Below, piece after piece: positions 11,644 to 24,210 of a stretch of 64,000 nt of DNA. Made by a program: the position numbers and the translations under genes. The notes beneath the pieces were generated by a model. The model made no database searches, was not told where the DNA came from, and saw nothing but the letters and a program-made list of their open reading frames with translations. The stretch comes from Macrostomum lignano (Eukaryota): the NCBI GenBank assembly GCA_002269645.1, contig NIVC01000391.1, positions 186,001 through 250,000 of the forward strand, in the 5' to 3' direction. Position 1 is the stretch's first letter. Every line of letters begins with the position of its first letter.

Positions 11644-12207
11644 CAAAGTCGAAATGCCGTAACTAGCTTGTACAGATAATTCAATTAAATTTTTTCATTT
11701 GTACCACTCTATGGGAGATCTAGCACTATGGAGGTGATCAGCATGTCTGCAATTCCGATATCCATAGCAACGGACGCCCAGCAGGTGATCCTGCGGACTC
11801 TCTTACTCCACAAGCATGCTATTGCAGTGCAGCTTTTGAAGTTTTGAGAGGCCTGCAAGTGGCCCCCGGCTGCCTGCAATTACAGGTATTAAGTTCTTTG
11901 ATCCACTGAGCTTGGCCATTCCCAATGGGCCTCTGCTTGCCTGAGAAAGAAAGAAGACTCGAAACAGTCCTGAACACTCTGGGAAGTAACCCCCTACCTG
12001 TCAAAGCGTGCAGGTAAAATTTGAATTAATAACTGGAAAACTGATGATAGCAATTAGGGGAGAGCCTGAGTGCTTATTAACAGCCCTCCTGTTTCTCCGC
12101 GTTTTGTTTTGCCTCCATAGAGACACTAGAATGTTAATTAGGTGAGTGCTTTGCCTGAAAATTTTTTGAGTGGAGGCAAGTCTTCAAGAAGTTCATTGAG
12201 GTTATTG

Positions 12208-13125
12208 GGTCTAGATTAGCAATCCATTCTATCGATTCGAGTCTCTAAGGGGCTAGATTAGCAATCCATTCTATCTATTCGAGTAACTGTAGGCTAGATT
12301 AGCAATCCATTCTATCTATTCGAGTAGCTGTAGGCTAGATTAGCAATCCATTCTATCTATTCGAGTCTTTGTAAGGCTAGATTAGCAATCCATTCTATCT
12401 ATTCGAGTCTTAAAGAGAGGCTAGATTAGCAATCCATTCTATCTATTCGAGTCTTAAAGAGAGGCTAGATTAGCAATCCATTCTATCTATTCGAGTAATT
12501 GTAGGCTAGATTAGCAATCCATTCTATCTATTCGAGTAATTGTAGGCTAGATTAGCAATCCAATCTATCTATTCGAGTAATTGTTGGCTAGATTAGCAAT
12601 CCATTCTGGCTATTCGAGTCATTGTGGGGCTAGATTAGCAATCCAATCTATCTATTCGAGTCTCTAAGGGGCTAGATTAGCAATCCATTCTATCTATTCG
12701 AGTCATTGTGAGGCTAGATTAGCAATCCATTCTATCTATTCGAGTCATTGTGAGGCTAGATTAGCAATCCACTCTATCTATTCGAGTCTTTGTAAGGCTA
12801 GATTAGCAATCCATTCTATCTATTCGAGTCTTTGTAAGGCTAGATTAGCAATCCATTCTGGCTATTCGAGTCTTTGTAAGGCTAGATTAGCAATCCAATC
12901 TATCTATTCGAGTCATTGTAAGGCTAGATTAGCAATCCATTCTATCTATTCGAGTCTTTGTAAGGCTAGATTAGCAATCCACTCTATCTATTCGAGTCAT
13001 TGTGAGGCTAGATTAGCAATCCAATCTATCTATTCGAGTCATTGTGAGGCTAGATTAGCAATCCATTCTATCTATTCGAGTCTTTGTAAGGCTAGATTAG
13101 CAATCCACTCTATCTATTCGAGTCT
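12208..13125. repeat. ~42-bp minisatellite, ~22 units; constant 34-bp core plus 7-10-nt variable part
   Basis: Core GGCTAGATTAGCAATCCATTCTATCTATTCGAGT. Confidence 0.92.
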
Positions 13126-13570
13126 TTCAGGCGCGAGAGATAAGCAGCCTGTGTCGGGAGATAAAAAATACAGATGAACTAAGAATCATGATAATTTTTG
13201 GAAAGAATTTCTTTCCATAGGACCCAGATTCTGTCCAGATCAACAAGTCGTGAAGCTGCACACTTCATCCTATTCCGCCCCAAAATCCCATTTGTAATCC
13301 TTTTTTCAGCTTTGTCGGAATTTCCAGGCGCCCCGGCTCTCGCGCTGAGTTCCTTTTTCCACATTTGACACCTCGAGCTCCTTTTTCTCGGGGACAACTG
13401 TAGCCATACCTGCCGAGCTGAATCACCGCACGCAGGACTGAAGCTTGAAGAAAATGAGGCAAATAAAAAGGCAAAGTTGTTCTGCTGATGTGAGAATCGG
13501 CCGTTTTTTTTCAGGCGTATCTGCCCCCACCCTGCTTCTGATCTTTCCCATCCCTTGATCTCCCCCCACT

Positions 13571-14662
13571 CATCCCCTTCTCACTTCGTCTCTCCCCCTC
13601 TCCTTTCGTCTCTCTCCCCCTCTCCCTTCGTCTCTCTCCCCTCTCCCTTCGTCTCTCTCCCCCTCTCCCTTCGTCTCTCTCCCCCTCTCCCTTCGCCTCT
13701 CTCCCCCTCTCCCTTCGCCTCTCTCCCCCTCTCCCTTCGCCTCTCTCCCCCTCTCCCTTCGCCTCTCTCCCCCTCTCCCTTCGCCTCTCTCCCCCTCTCC
13801 CTTCGCCTCTCTCCCCCTCTCCCTTCGCCTCTCTCCCCCTCTCCCTTCGCCTCTCTCCCCTCTCCCTTCGCCTCTCTCCCCCTCTCCCTTCGCCTCTCTC
13901 CCCCTCTCCCTTCGCCTCTCTCCCCCTCTCCCTTCGCCTCTCTCCCTCTCTCCCTTCGCCTCTCTCCCCTCTCCCTTCGCCTCTCTCCCCTCTCCCTTCG
14001 CCTCTCTCCCCCTCTCCCTTCGTCTCCCCCTCTCCCTTCGCATCTCTCCCCCTCTCCCTTCGCCTCTCTCCCCTCTCCCTTCGCCTCTCTCCCCTCTCCC
14101 TTCGCCTCTCTCCCCCTCTCCCTTCGCCTCTCTCCCCCTCTCCCTTCGCATCTCTCCCCTCTCCCTTCGCCTCTCTCCCCCTCTCCCTTCGCATCTCTCC
14201 CCCTCTCCCTTCGCCTCTCTCCCCCTCTCCCTTCGCCTCTCTCCCACTCTCCCTTCGCCTCTCTCCCCTCTCCCTTCGCCTCTCTCCCCCTCTCCCTTCG
14301 CCTCTCTCCCCCTCTCCCTTCGCCTCTCTCCCCCTCTCCCTTCGCCTCTCTCCCCTCTCCCTTCGCCTCTCTCCCCCTCTCCCTTCGTCTCCCCCCTCTC
14401 CCTTCGCCTCTCTCCACTCTCCCTTCGCCTCTCTCCCACTCTCCCTTCGCCTCTCTCCCCTCTCCCTTCGCCTCTCTCCCACTCTCCCTTCGCCTCTCTC
14501 CCCCTCTCCCTTCGTCTCCCCCCTCTCCCTTCGCCTCTCTCCCCCTCTCCCTTCGCCTCTCTCCCACTCTCCCTTCGCCTCTCTCCCCCTCCACCCTCCC
14601 TTCGCCTCTCTCCCCCTCTCCCTTCGTCTCCCCCCTCTCCCTTCGCCTCTCTCCCCCTCTCC
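13571..14662. repeat. ~22-bp polypyrimidine/polypurine array (CTCTCTCCCCCTCTCCCTTCGC)n
   Basis: Plus strand is almost entirely C/T for 1.1 kb. Confidence 0.95.
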
Positions 14663-15397
14663 CCATACTCCCCTCTTCTTTCCTCTGCCCACTCTTCCCT
14701 TCGTCTCTCAAACACAGCGCCGAAATGGTACAAGTTAAAATATCGAATTACTTATCGCAGAAAAATCGCAGAAATTCAGTTTGCAGTCAATTTACATGGC
14801 CAGGAAAAAAGCACCTTGACCTTATATTTTACTCTCCTTCGCCGCAATGTCTGATCTCAACCAGCCTCGGTAGACCATCCTCCCCGATCCCATAGAAAGC
14901 TCGAGCCCGCTCAGTCGAGCAGCTGAGCAGTACCCACCCCCCCCCCTAACCCCTATCCTTCAGCTCGGCTAATTACAACGCAGGAGTCTTACCCCCCCCC
15001 CCCCCGTCTCCCGTTTCACATTCGAGCCTCTCTTTCAGCCCCGCCTTCCCCTTTAACCAGGCAGTTTGTTTCCCCCTCCATTGCCTTCGAACCACCCCCC
15101 CCCCCCTATTCTGCATCCGCCCCGGTCGCCTCATTCTGTGTAGCGTCTGTGTATCGCACATAGGGGCTTCGGGCACTGCAGCAGTGTCCTATCATTCCCG
15201 CTGCGCATTGTCCATCGGCCTTTCCGCTCAGGGCCTTTATTATCAATATGCGCTTTGTTGCTGACGGTAGCCTGTAGTGGCTCTCTTTTCTCTTTAAGCC
15301 TTCCCCACCGCCTCTGCCCACCTGATCTCGCGCAAAAGTGCAAGGCCTATAGTTGCCCTGAATGTACTGGATTTTAGGTTCGTGTATGAATGTTCAT

Positions 15398-16257
15398 TGT
15401 GCGGCAGGTGAGACAGTAGACTATGCGGCAGGTGAGACAGTAGACTATGCGGCAGGTGAGACAGTAGACTGTGCGGCAGGTGAGACAGTAGACTGTGCGG
15501 CAGGTGAGACAGTAGACTGTGCGGCAGGTGAGACAGTAGACTGTGCGGCAGGTGAGACAGTAGACTGTGCGGCAGGTGAGACAGTAGACTATGCGGCAGG
15601 TGAGACAGTAGACTATGCGGCAGGTGAGACAGTAGACTGTGCGGCAGGTGAGACAGTAGACTGTGCGGCAGGTGAGACAGTAGACTATGCGGCAGGTGAG
15701 ACAGTAGACTGTGCGGCAGGTGAGACAGTAGACTGTGCGGCAGGTGAGACAGTAGACTATGCGGCAGGTAAGACAGTAGACTATGCGGCAGGTGAGACAG
15801 TAGACTGTGCGGCAGGTGAGACAGTAGACTGTGCGGCAGGTGAGACAGTAGACTGTGCGGCAGGTGAGACAGTAGACTATGCGGCAGGTGAGACAGTAGA
15901 CTATGCGGCAGGTGAGACAGTAGACTGTGCGGCAGGTGAGACAGTAGACTATGCGGCAGGTGAGACAGTAGACTGTGCGGCAGGTGAGACAGTAGACTGT
16001 GCGGCAGGTGAGACAGTAGACTGTGCGGCAGGTGAGACAGTAGACTGTGCGGCAGGTGAGACAGTAGACTATGCGGCAGGTGAGACAGTAGACTGTGCGG
16101 CAGGTGAGACAGTAGACTATGCGGCAGGTGAGACAGTAGACTGTGCGGCAGGTGAGACAGTAGACTGTGCGGCAGGTGAGACAGTAGACTGTGCGGCAGG
16201 TGAGACAGTAGACTATGCGGCAGGTGAGACAGTAGACTATGCGGCAGGTGAGACAGT
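15398..16257. repeat. 24-bp minisatellite, 36 units (GCGGCAGGTGAGACAGTAGACT[A/G]T)
   Basis: Unit starts at 15401 and 16241 are 35 x 24 bp apart; binary A/G variant. Confidence 0.95.
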
Positions 16258-16908
16258 GCTGCCTGAGCAAGAACCCACGGAAACCTGTCAAGTGGCTGGT
16301 CCGCTTATCAGCTTATTAATCTAATATGCTGCTTTTTAATCATAGAAGCCCATCAATGAAGCAGCTCAGATCTTTTGATGTGCACTTCTTGTTGAAGTTT
16401 GTTTTGCCGTCAAGTCCTACGAGGCTTCTCAGCGTATCGAAATAGCGGGGCGAAAATCCTGGCTCAAGGCATCTGGATAATTGTTTGCCAGCACTTCATA
16501 ATTAACTACAGCACTACTGACTCTCTACTAATAGTAGAGTTATCTGGGCGTCGCCTCCGACGAACTCCATTGCAATAGCTGTCTACAGAAAGGTTAATCC
16601 GGGCTGGATTAAGAGCTGCAGTCCATTATCCTTAATGAAATCCATCATATCGAATTTTATTATGCAGACTACCGCACAGTGAAACTCGGGATTCGTCTGG
16701 CCGCTCGAATGTCTCTGGGGGGGGGGTTAGTATGAGTTCATGGGTGGGAACTGGATGCACTTACTAGCTATGGAAAGCTTTCACAAGGCTTGAATAGAAT
16801 AACAGCAATAATTCGCTCAGATAGTTTATGTAATGCAACTGTTTACTTTTCTGACATTTACATTCCCCGTGCATTCTCCTACAATGCATTGCCTTACGTT
16901 CCATGCAC

Positions 16909-17602
16909 CCCCTACATCCCCTACACTCCCTACACTCCCTACATCCCCTACACCCCCTACATTCCCTACACTCCCTACATCCCCTACACTCCCTACATCC
17001 CCTACACTCCCTACATCCCCTACACTCCCTACATTCCCTACACTCCCTATGTCCCCTACACTCCCTATGTCCCCTACACTCCCTACATTCCCTACACTCC
17101 CTACATTCCCTACACTCCCTATGTCCCCTACACTCACTCCCTACACTCCCTACACTCCCTATGTCCCCTACACTCCCTACATTCCCTACATTCCCTACAT
17201 TCCCTATGTCCCCTACACTCCCTACATTCCCTACATTCCCTACATTCCCTATGTCCCCTACACTCCCTACACTCCCTACACTCCCTATGTCCCCTACACT
17301 CCCTATGTCCCCTACACTCCCTACATTCCCTACACTCCCTACATTCCCTACATTCCCTATGTCCCCTACACTCCCTACATTCCCTACATTCCCTACACTC
17401 CCTACATTCCCTACATTCCCTATGTCCCCTACACTCCCTACATTCCCTACATTCCCTACATTCCCTACACTCCCTACATTCCCTACATTCCCTAAATTCC
17501 CTACACTCCCTACACTCCCTACACTCCCTACATTCCCTACATTCCCTACATTCCCTACACTCCCTACACTCCCTACATTCCCTACACTCCCTACATTCCC
17601 TA
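16909..17602. repeat. 9-bp-unit array (CTACACTCC / CTACATTCC / CTATGTCCC)
   Basis: Read directly; minus strand is (GGGARTGTA)n. Confidence 0.92.
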
Positions 17603-18056
17603 TATCATCTGATCTAAAACTGCAGTGCTGCTCAAACAGCCGTGGCCAGGGAACGATCTTGCTTGCCTGAACTGTTTACCTAAATTAGGATGGCCAGATG
17701 GCCAGCACTCAATCTCATGCCACGGAACTGCCTGTAGAATAGAACATTATCTGAATCTACACTATGATTGAAGTTGCGCAGAGAGGCAAATGTTTTTAAT
17801 AAAAATAAATTCATCGCTGGCCTACGCCTCAGCGGTCAAAGACAAAGTTATTTCTAGCCTCTGTGTTGGAGAGCGCCCCCCCCGTTACAGTAATTGCTTG
17901 CTGAGCCATCATTCACATGCCTCCCCCCCCACTAACGCTATTGGACACCGCACCTGCTTCCGCTCCCGGTCTCTATGGCAACGCCGGAGGAGACGCCCCA
18001 ATCCATGAGCGGGATATGGCAATTCAAGTAGCCGGTTACGGACAGATCACAGCCGT

Positions 18057-18603
18057 CCGGCAGACACAGTCGGACAGACACAGTCGGACAGACACAGTCG
18101 GACAGACACAGTCGGACAGACACAGTCGGACAGACACAGTCGGACAGACATAGTCCGGCAGACACAGTCCGACAGACACTGTTGGACAGACACAGCCCGG
18201 CAGACACTGTTGGACAGACAGTTGGACAGACACAGCCCGACAGACACTGTTGGACAGACACAGTCGGACAGACACAGTTGGACAGACACAGTCCGACAGA
18301 CACTGTTGGACAGACACAGTCGGACAGACATAGTCCGGCAGACACAGTCGGACAGACAGTTGGACAGACACTGTTGGACAGACACAGCCCGGCAGACACA
18401 GTCGGACAGACACAGTCGGACAGACACAGTCGGACAGACACAGTCGGACAGACACAGTCGGACAGACACAGTCGGACAGACACAGTCGGACAGACACAGT
18501 CGGACAGACACAGTCGGACAGACACAGTCGGACAGACACAGTCGGACAGACACAGTCGGACAGACACAGTCGGACAGACATCCCGGCAGACACAGTCGTA
18601 CAG
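18057..18603. repeat. 14-bp array (CAGACACAGTCGGA)n ending 8 nt before the channel ATG
   Basis: Read directly. Confidence 0.92.
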
Positions 18604-18611
18604 ACGCTGCC

Positions 18612-19051
18612 ATGAGCATGCTGCTCCCGTTGCAGCAGTACCTGTCTGAGTCTACGGTGCACAGCTTCGTCCACCTCACCGGCAACCGGCGAGGCTACGT
18701 GAAGATGCTGTGGGCGGCCGCCTTCATCGCCTCGGTCTCCTACTGCTCACTTCGAGTGGCCGAAGCCTACAGGCGCTTCGTCAGTCGCGAGGTGTCCACA
18801 ACGATCAAGGCCAGGGCGTTGGACTTCGAGTTCCCGGACATCTACGCCTGCAGTCAAATTCCTGTGTCCGGAAGCTACTCGTCCACGCTCAACCCCGCCG
18901 GGGCTGAGACGCTGAGAAAATACCGACAGCTGGTGAACTACAGCTTGGTGGATTACAGGGGAGTCGATGTGGAATATTACCTGGATAGCTACGCTGTGCG
19001 CTTGGTCAACAGCCTACCTTACCGGTTCCTTATTGACGAGATGGCTCACAG
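18612..19051 (+). CDS. DEG/ENaC (ASIC/FaNaC superfamily) channel subunit, exon 1 of the complete copy; model join(18612..19051,21106..22405), ~579 aa
   Basis: GCC ATG start; pre-TM1 motif ESTVHS; TM1 MLWAAAFIASVSYCSL; post-TM1 motif FPDIYAC (cf. FPAVTxC); donor AG|GTGAGT at 19052, phase 2. Confidence 0.88.
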
Positions 19052-19067
19052 GTGAGTTCAGGCTCCC

Positions 19068-19732
19068 TGCTGCTGTAGTACTCACCAGCTGCTGTAGTAC
19101 CTCACCTGTTGCTGTAGTACTCACCAGCTGCTGTAGTACCTCACCTGCTGCTGTAGTACCTCACCTGCTGTTGTAGTACCTCACCAGCTGCTGTAGTACC
19201 TCACCAGCTGCTGTAGTACCTCACATGCTGCTGTAGTACCTCACCTGCTGCTGTAGTACCTCACCTGCTGTTGTAGTACCTCACCAGCTGCTGTAGTACC
19301 TCACCAGCTGCTGTAGTACCTCACCTGCTGTTGTAGTACCTCACCAGCTGCTGTAGTACCTCACCAGCTGCTGTAGTACCTCACCTGCTGTTGTAGTACC
19401 TCACCAGCTGCTGTAGTACCTCACCAGCTGCTGTAGTACCTCACCTGCTGTTGTAGTACCTCACCTGCTGCTGTAGTACCTCACCTGCTGCTGTAGTACC
19501 TCACCTGCTGCTGTAGTACCTCACCTGCTGTTGTAGTACCTCACCAGCTGCTGTAGTACCTCACCAGCTGCTGTAGTACCTCACCTGCTGTTGTAGTACC
19601 TCACCTGCTGCTGTAGTACCTCACCTGCTGCTGTAGTACCTCACATGCTGCTGTAGTACCTCACCAGCTGCTGTAGTACCTCACATGCTGCTGTAGTACC
19701 TCACCAGCTGCTGTAGTACCTCACCTGCTGCT
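19068..19732. repeat. 20-bp minisatellite (TGCTGCTGTAGTACCTCACC)n in channel intron 1, copy 1
   Basis: Starts 16 nt after the donor. Confidence 0.93.
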
Positions 19733-20127
19733 CCATGTAAAATTCAGGTCATGAGTTATGGTTGTTTTCTATAGACAAACACACTAAGCTTAGGGCTTTC
19801 TTAGAATACATCGAAGCAAGGGTAGTCATGGAAACCACTTATCCATCAGCAAGATCTCAGACGTCAGGCAAGTATATTTGCCCTAGCTTCCTCTTTTGTA
19901 AACCCATAAGTAGCTCAGCCACTCCTTGGGCACACAGAAGAGGCGAATGACTCGCTAAGTTGTGCCCGAGCGCTTCTCTGGGCTTTTACGTCAATTTTAA
20001 AGTCCGTTTTTACACTTTTTTCGTATCTTGAATTGATAAGAAATCATTATCATTTTCTTAATACTATCCAGGGGTCTTTGCCGTTTTGAGAGCGTTGGGA
20101 AATAACTATGACAAGTTATTTGACTCG

Positions 20128-20853
20128 CCCCACACCTCAGAGCGGCCCCACACCTCAGAGCGTCCCCTCACCCCAGAGCCTCCCCACACCCAGAGAATCT
20201 CACACCTCAGAGCATCCCCACACCTCAGAGCCTCCACACAAATCAGAGTCTCCCCACACCTCAGAGCCTCCCCACAGCTCAGAGCCTCCCCACACCTCAG
20301 AGCGTCCCCACACCTCAGAGCGTCCACACAAATCAGAGTCTCCCCACACCTCTAAGTCTCCCACACCTCAGAGCCTCCGCACACCTCAGAGCGTTCCCTC
20401 ACCTCAGAGCCTCCCCACACCCCAGAGAATCCCACACCTCAGAGCATCCCCACACCTCAGAGCCTCCACAAAAATCAGAGTCTCCCCACACCTCAGAGCC
20501 TCCTCACACCTCAGAGCCTCCCCACACCTCAGAGCCTCCCCACACCTCAGAGCGTCCCCACACCTCAGAGCGTCCCTACACCTCAGAGCCTCCCCACACC
20601 TCAGAGCCTCCCCACACCTCAGAGCCTCCCCACACCTCAGAGCGTCCCCACACCTCAGAGCGTCCCTACACCTCAGAGCCTCCCCACACCTCAGAGCCTC
20701 CCCACACCTCAGAGCGTCCCCACACCTCAGAGCCTCCATACACATCAGAGCCTCCCCACACCTCCGAGCCTTCACACACATCAAAGCCTCTCCACACCTC
20801 AGAGCCTCCACACACATCAGAGCCTCCACACACAACAGAGCCTCCCCACACCT
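20128..20853. repeat. 18-bp minisatellite (CACACCTCAGAGCCTCCC)n in channel intron 1, copy 1
   Basis: Read directly. Confidence 0.92.
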
Positions 20854-21105
20854 GATAATAAATAAAATAAAAAAGAACAAATAAAGGTTCAATAAAAGAG
20901 AATAACCCAGAACCCGCTTTCTTAACAGCAAGAAAAGAGAAGGTGAGAATTCAGGTGCGATTGCAAGATTTCAAAAGTGCGTGCCTCGTCATTATGATCC
21001 AAATTTGCACCTCTGCCCAAAAATCTACAAATAGCAATTTTCGGGTGCAAACTGCACTCAAAATGCACAAGAAACCCAGACCCCAACCCAACTGCTTGGC
21101 TACAG

Positions 21106-22405
21106 GTGGATAGACCAGGACATAATCTACGACCTGACCATGTCGGACAGGCAGGTTCACTACAGCCCGTCCCGCCTGTCCTGCCTCAAGCTCGCCTGGT
21201 CGAGGACGTCCCGAATCGAGCTGCAGAGCGTCAGCGACTCCCTCATCCTGGTGATGTTCCTCGACCCGCAGCTGCCGCGGCCGTTCGACACCAGCGAAGC
21301 CGACATTCAAATCTACAGCGACGGCCCGTTCGACCTGAAGCCCTACGACTGGGACTTCACCTACGGCACCGACTTCGTCCGGTCGGCCGGCACGCGGCTG
21401 TTCTTCGTGCCGAAGGGCCACTACCCCAGCGAGCTGAACACGCAGCTCGTGGTGGGGCCGGGCCTGCAGCACCGCATCCAGCTGCGCATGCAGGACTTGA
21501 TCTACGATGAATCTGATTTCGCCGGCCAGTGCACGCCCGGCCAAGCTGACGCCATCGACTTCGTGAATCCGTACAGCGGGGCCAGGGAGACATTCGAGTT
21601 CAGCCAGGGCGCCTGCTGGTACCGGGAGATCGCCCGCCGCTCGCTGGCCCGCTTCAACTGCTCCGTGTGGCCGATCCCGCTGGCCTGGGAGTTCCGCCAC
21701 ATGCGCAGCTGCTTCAACCTCACCGAAGACAACTCAAGCTCAGCCGTCCACTTCGCGCCGCACGTGTTCACCAACGAGCTGCTGGACGCCCGGTCGAACA
21801 TTTCCAACGAGGCCCGGCGGATCTGCGAGGACCTGAAGCCGTGCCGAAGTCGCGTGTACTCCTACCAGTACGCCTCCAGCACCTGGCCGAGCGAGCGCAC
21901 CTTCCAGAACTTCCTGGTGCCCATCATCAACCGGTACATTGTCAACGGGCCGGTGCCCGCGCCCGGCATGAAATACCTGGCCGAGAACAGCAGCGGCATC
22001 GCCGAGGCGCGCGGCTCGCTGACCCAGATTATGATCACCGGGGCGGAGCTGCGCAGCTCCGAGACGCAGATGGCCCTGGCCTACAGCTTCAACAGCCTCG
22101 TGGCCGACGTGGGCGGCCTCCTCGGCCTGTTTCTCGGCATGTCGCTGCTGTCGCTGATGGAGCTGTTCGAGCTGCTCCACGACTTTCTGGAGGTGGCCCG
22201 ACTGCGGTTGCGGCGAAGGCCTCCTCCCACAGCGGCAAACGGCGTGGCGCCGACGGCTGCTGAACAAGCGGGGCAGGGGCGTCCCAACGAGGGCTTCGAC
22301 AGCTGCAGCAGCGTCTGCGCTGTCGACGAGCTGTCGCTGCGGTCTGGCATCGGCTGCAAGCTGAAACCGACAACTAGCCGCTCCATCAGCGAGCAGAATG
22401 TTTGA
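21106..22405 (+). CDS. DEG/ENaC channel, exon 2 of copy 1 (ectodomain, TM2, C-terminal tail)
   Basis: Acceptor CTACAG|G restores the frame (R-WIDQD..); Cys-containing thumb, SSTWPS, TM2 YSFNSLVADVGGLLGLFLGMSLLSLMELF; TGA at 22403-22405. Confidence 0.92.
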
Positions 22406-22490
22406 ATCTAATCTAATCTAATCTAATCTAATCTAATCTAATCTAATCTAATCTAATCTAATCTAATCTAATCTAATCTTATCTAATCTA

Positions 22491-22559
<69 letters not shown>

Positions 22560-22850
22560 AATTTAATCTAATCTCATCAAATCTAAGCTCATCAAATCAA
22601 ATCTAATCAAATCCAATATAATCTCATCTAATATAATCCCATCTAATCTAATCTAATCCAGTTTAATCCAGTCAAACCTAGTCTTATCTAATCTAATCCA
22701 ATCCAATCTAATCCACTATACTAAAATGGTTTGTCGGTATCTATCTATCTAGTCTAATCTAAAATCAATCTAGTCTAATCTAACCAGTTCCAAATCTAAT
22801 CTAATCTAATTCAAACGAATTCTAAATCTAATCTAATCTAATCTCAAACT
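22406..22850. repeat. (ATCTA/ATCTT)n pentamer microsatellite starting immediately after the channel stop codon
   Basis: 14 perfect ATCTA units, then degenerate. Confidence 0.92.
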
Positions 22851-23350
22851 CAAACTTTGCCTGAAGCTTGTGCACGGGAAGTGCATATACTGTTCCGGCT
22901 GGTGCAGACCCTGTGTGAGGGTGTGCGTGCTCCCGGGTCCAGCGGAATGGGCCGACTCTTGCCGTGACTTGCAGCAGTGCTCAGAGCCGCCTGAATTTAT
23001 GACTCTGATGCTTCATTAATTATTAATCACAGACCTTTGTATGAACAAAATTGCCTGTCACAGAACAATTGTAAATGACGGAACACAAGAAGACATTTAA
23101 TATCCTCTTTGTCACATCTTCTGGTCTTGGCAGCTGCTTTACCCGTGTGAACCAAAAAATCTATTTTAAAAGATGTTTTAAAAACTCTGTTCTTATTTTT
23201 AAGCAAATTCACTTACGCTCATATTTGTTACTTGTAAGTAGCATGAAGCGAAAATGTTCTAGGAAATGCTTTACGCTCTGATTGAAGTTTTTATCTGAGT
23301 CATTGACCAGAAATCAAAAGTTGTTTTTAAGATATTTTTCTAAGCTTAAA

Positions 23351-23898
23351 GAGTGAGAAGTGTGAGAGTGGGAAGTGTGAGAGTGAGAAGTGTGAGAGTG
23401 AGAAGTGTGAGAGTGAGAAGTGTGAGAGTGAGAAGTGTGAGAGTGAGAAGTGTGAGAGTGAGAAGTGTGAGAGTGAGAAGTGTGAGAGTGAGAAGTGTGA
23501 GAGTGAGAAGTGTGAGAGTGAGAAGTGTGAGAGTGAGAAGTGTGAGAGTGAGAAGTGTGAGAGTGAGAAGTGTGAGAGTGAGAAGGGCGAGAGTGAGAAG
23601 TGTGAGAGTGAGAAGTGTGAGAGTGAGAAGTGTGAGAGTGAGAAGGGCGAGAGTGAGAAGTGTGAGAGTGAGAAGTGTGAGAGTGAGAAGTGTGAGAGTG
23701 AGAAGTGTGAGAGTGAGAAGTGTGAGAGTGAGAAGTGTGAGAGTGAGAAGTGTGAGAGTGAGAAGTGTGAGAGTGAGAAGTGTGAGAGTGAGAAGTGTGA
23801 GAGTGAGAAGTGTGAGAGTGAGAAGTGTGAGAGTGAGAAGTGTGAGAGTGAGAAGTGTGAGAGTGAGAAGTGTGAGAGTGAGAAGTGTGAGAGTGAGT
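23351..23898. repeat. 15-bp minisatellite (GAGTGAGAAGTGTGA)n, cut off at the duplication junction
   Basis: ~36 units, then joined directly to exon-1 sequence. Confidence 0.95.
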
Positions 23899-24210
23899 GT
23901 GGCCGAAGCCTACAGGCGCTTCGTCAGTCGCGAGGTGTCCACAACGATCAAGGCCAGGGCGTTGGACTTCGAGTTCCCGGACATCTACGCCTGCAGTCAA
24001 ATTCCTGTGTCCGGAAGCTACTCGTCCACGCTCAACCCCGCCGGGGCTGAGACGCTGAGAAAATACCGACAGCTGGTGAACTACAGCTTGGTGGATTACA
24101 GGGGAGTCGATGTGGAATATTACCTGGATAGCTACGCTGTGCGCTTGGTCAACAGCCTACCTTACCGGTTCCTTATTGACGAGATGGCTCACAGGTGAGT
24201 TCAGGCTCCC

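Noticed and set aside
12208-13125. CRISPR-like look: constant 34-bp core with variable intervening bases (also true of the 34-bp satellite)
   Set aside because: The variable parts are only 7-12 nt and related to each other, there are no cas genes, and the context is eukaryotic.
13511-18685. Long ORFs with Arg/Glu/Gly, Ser/Pro, AAGETVD[C/Y], CLTCRTVY, PYTPYI and TDTVGQ repeats
   Set aside because: All coincide with minisatellites and are open in several frames or on both strands; no domain or splice support.
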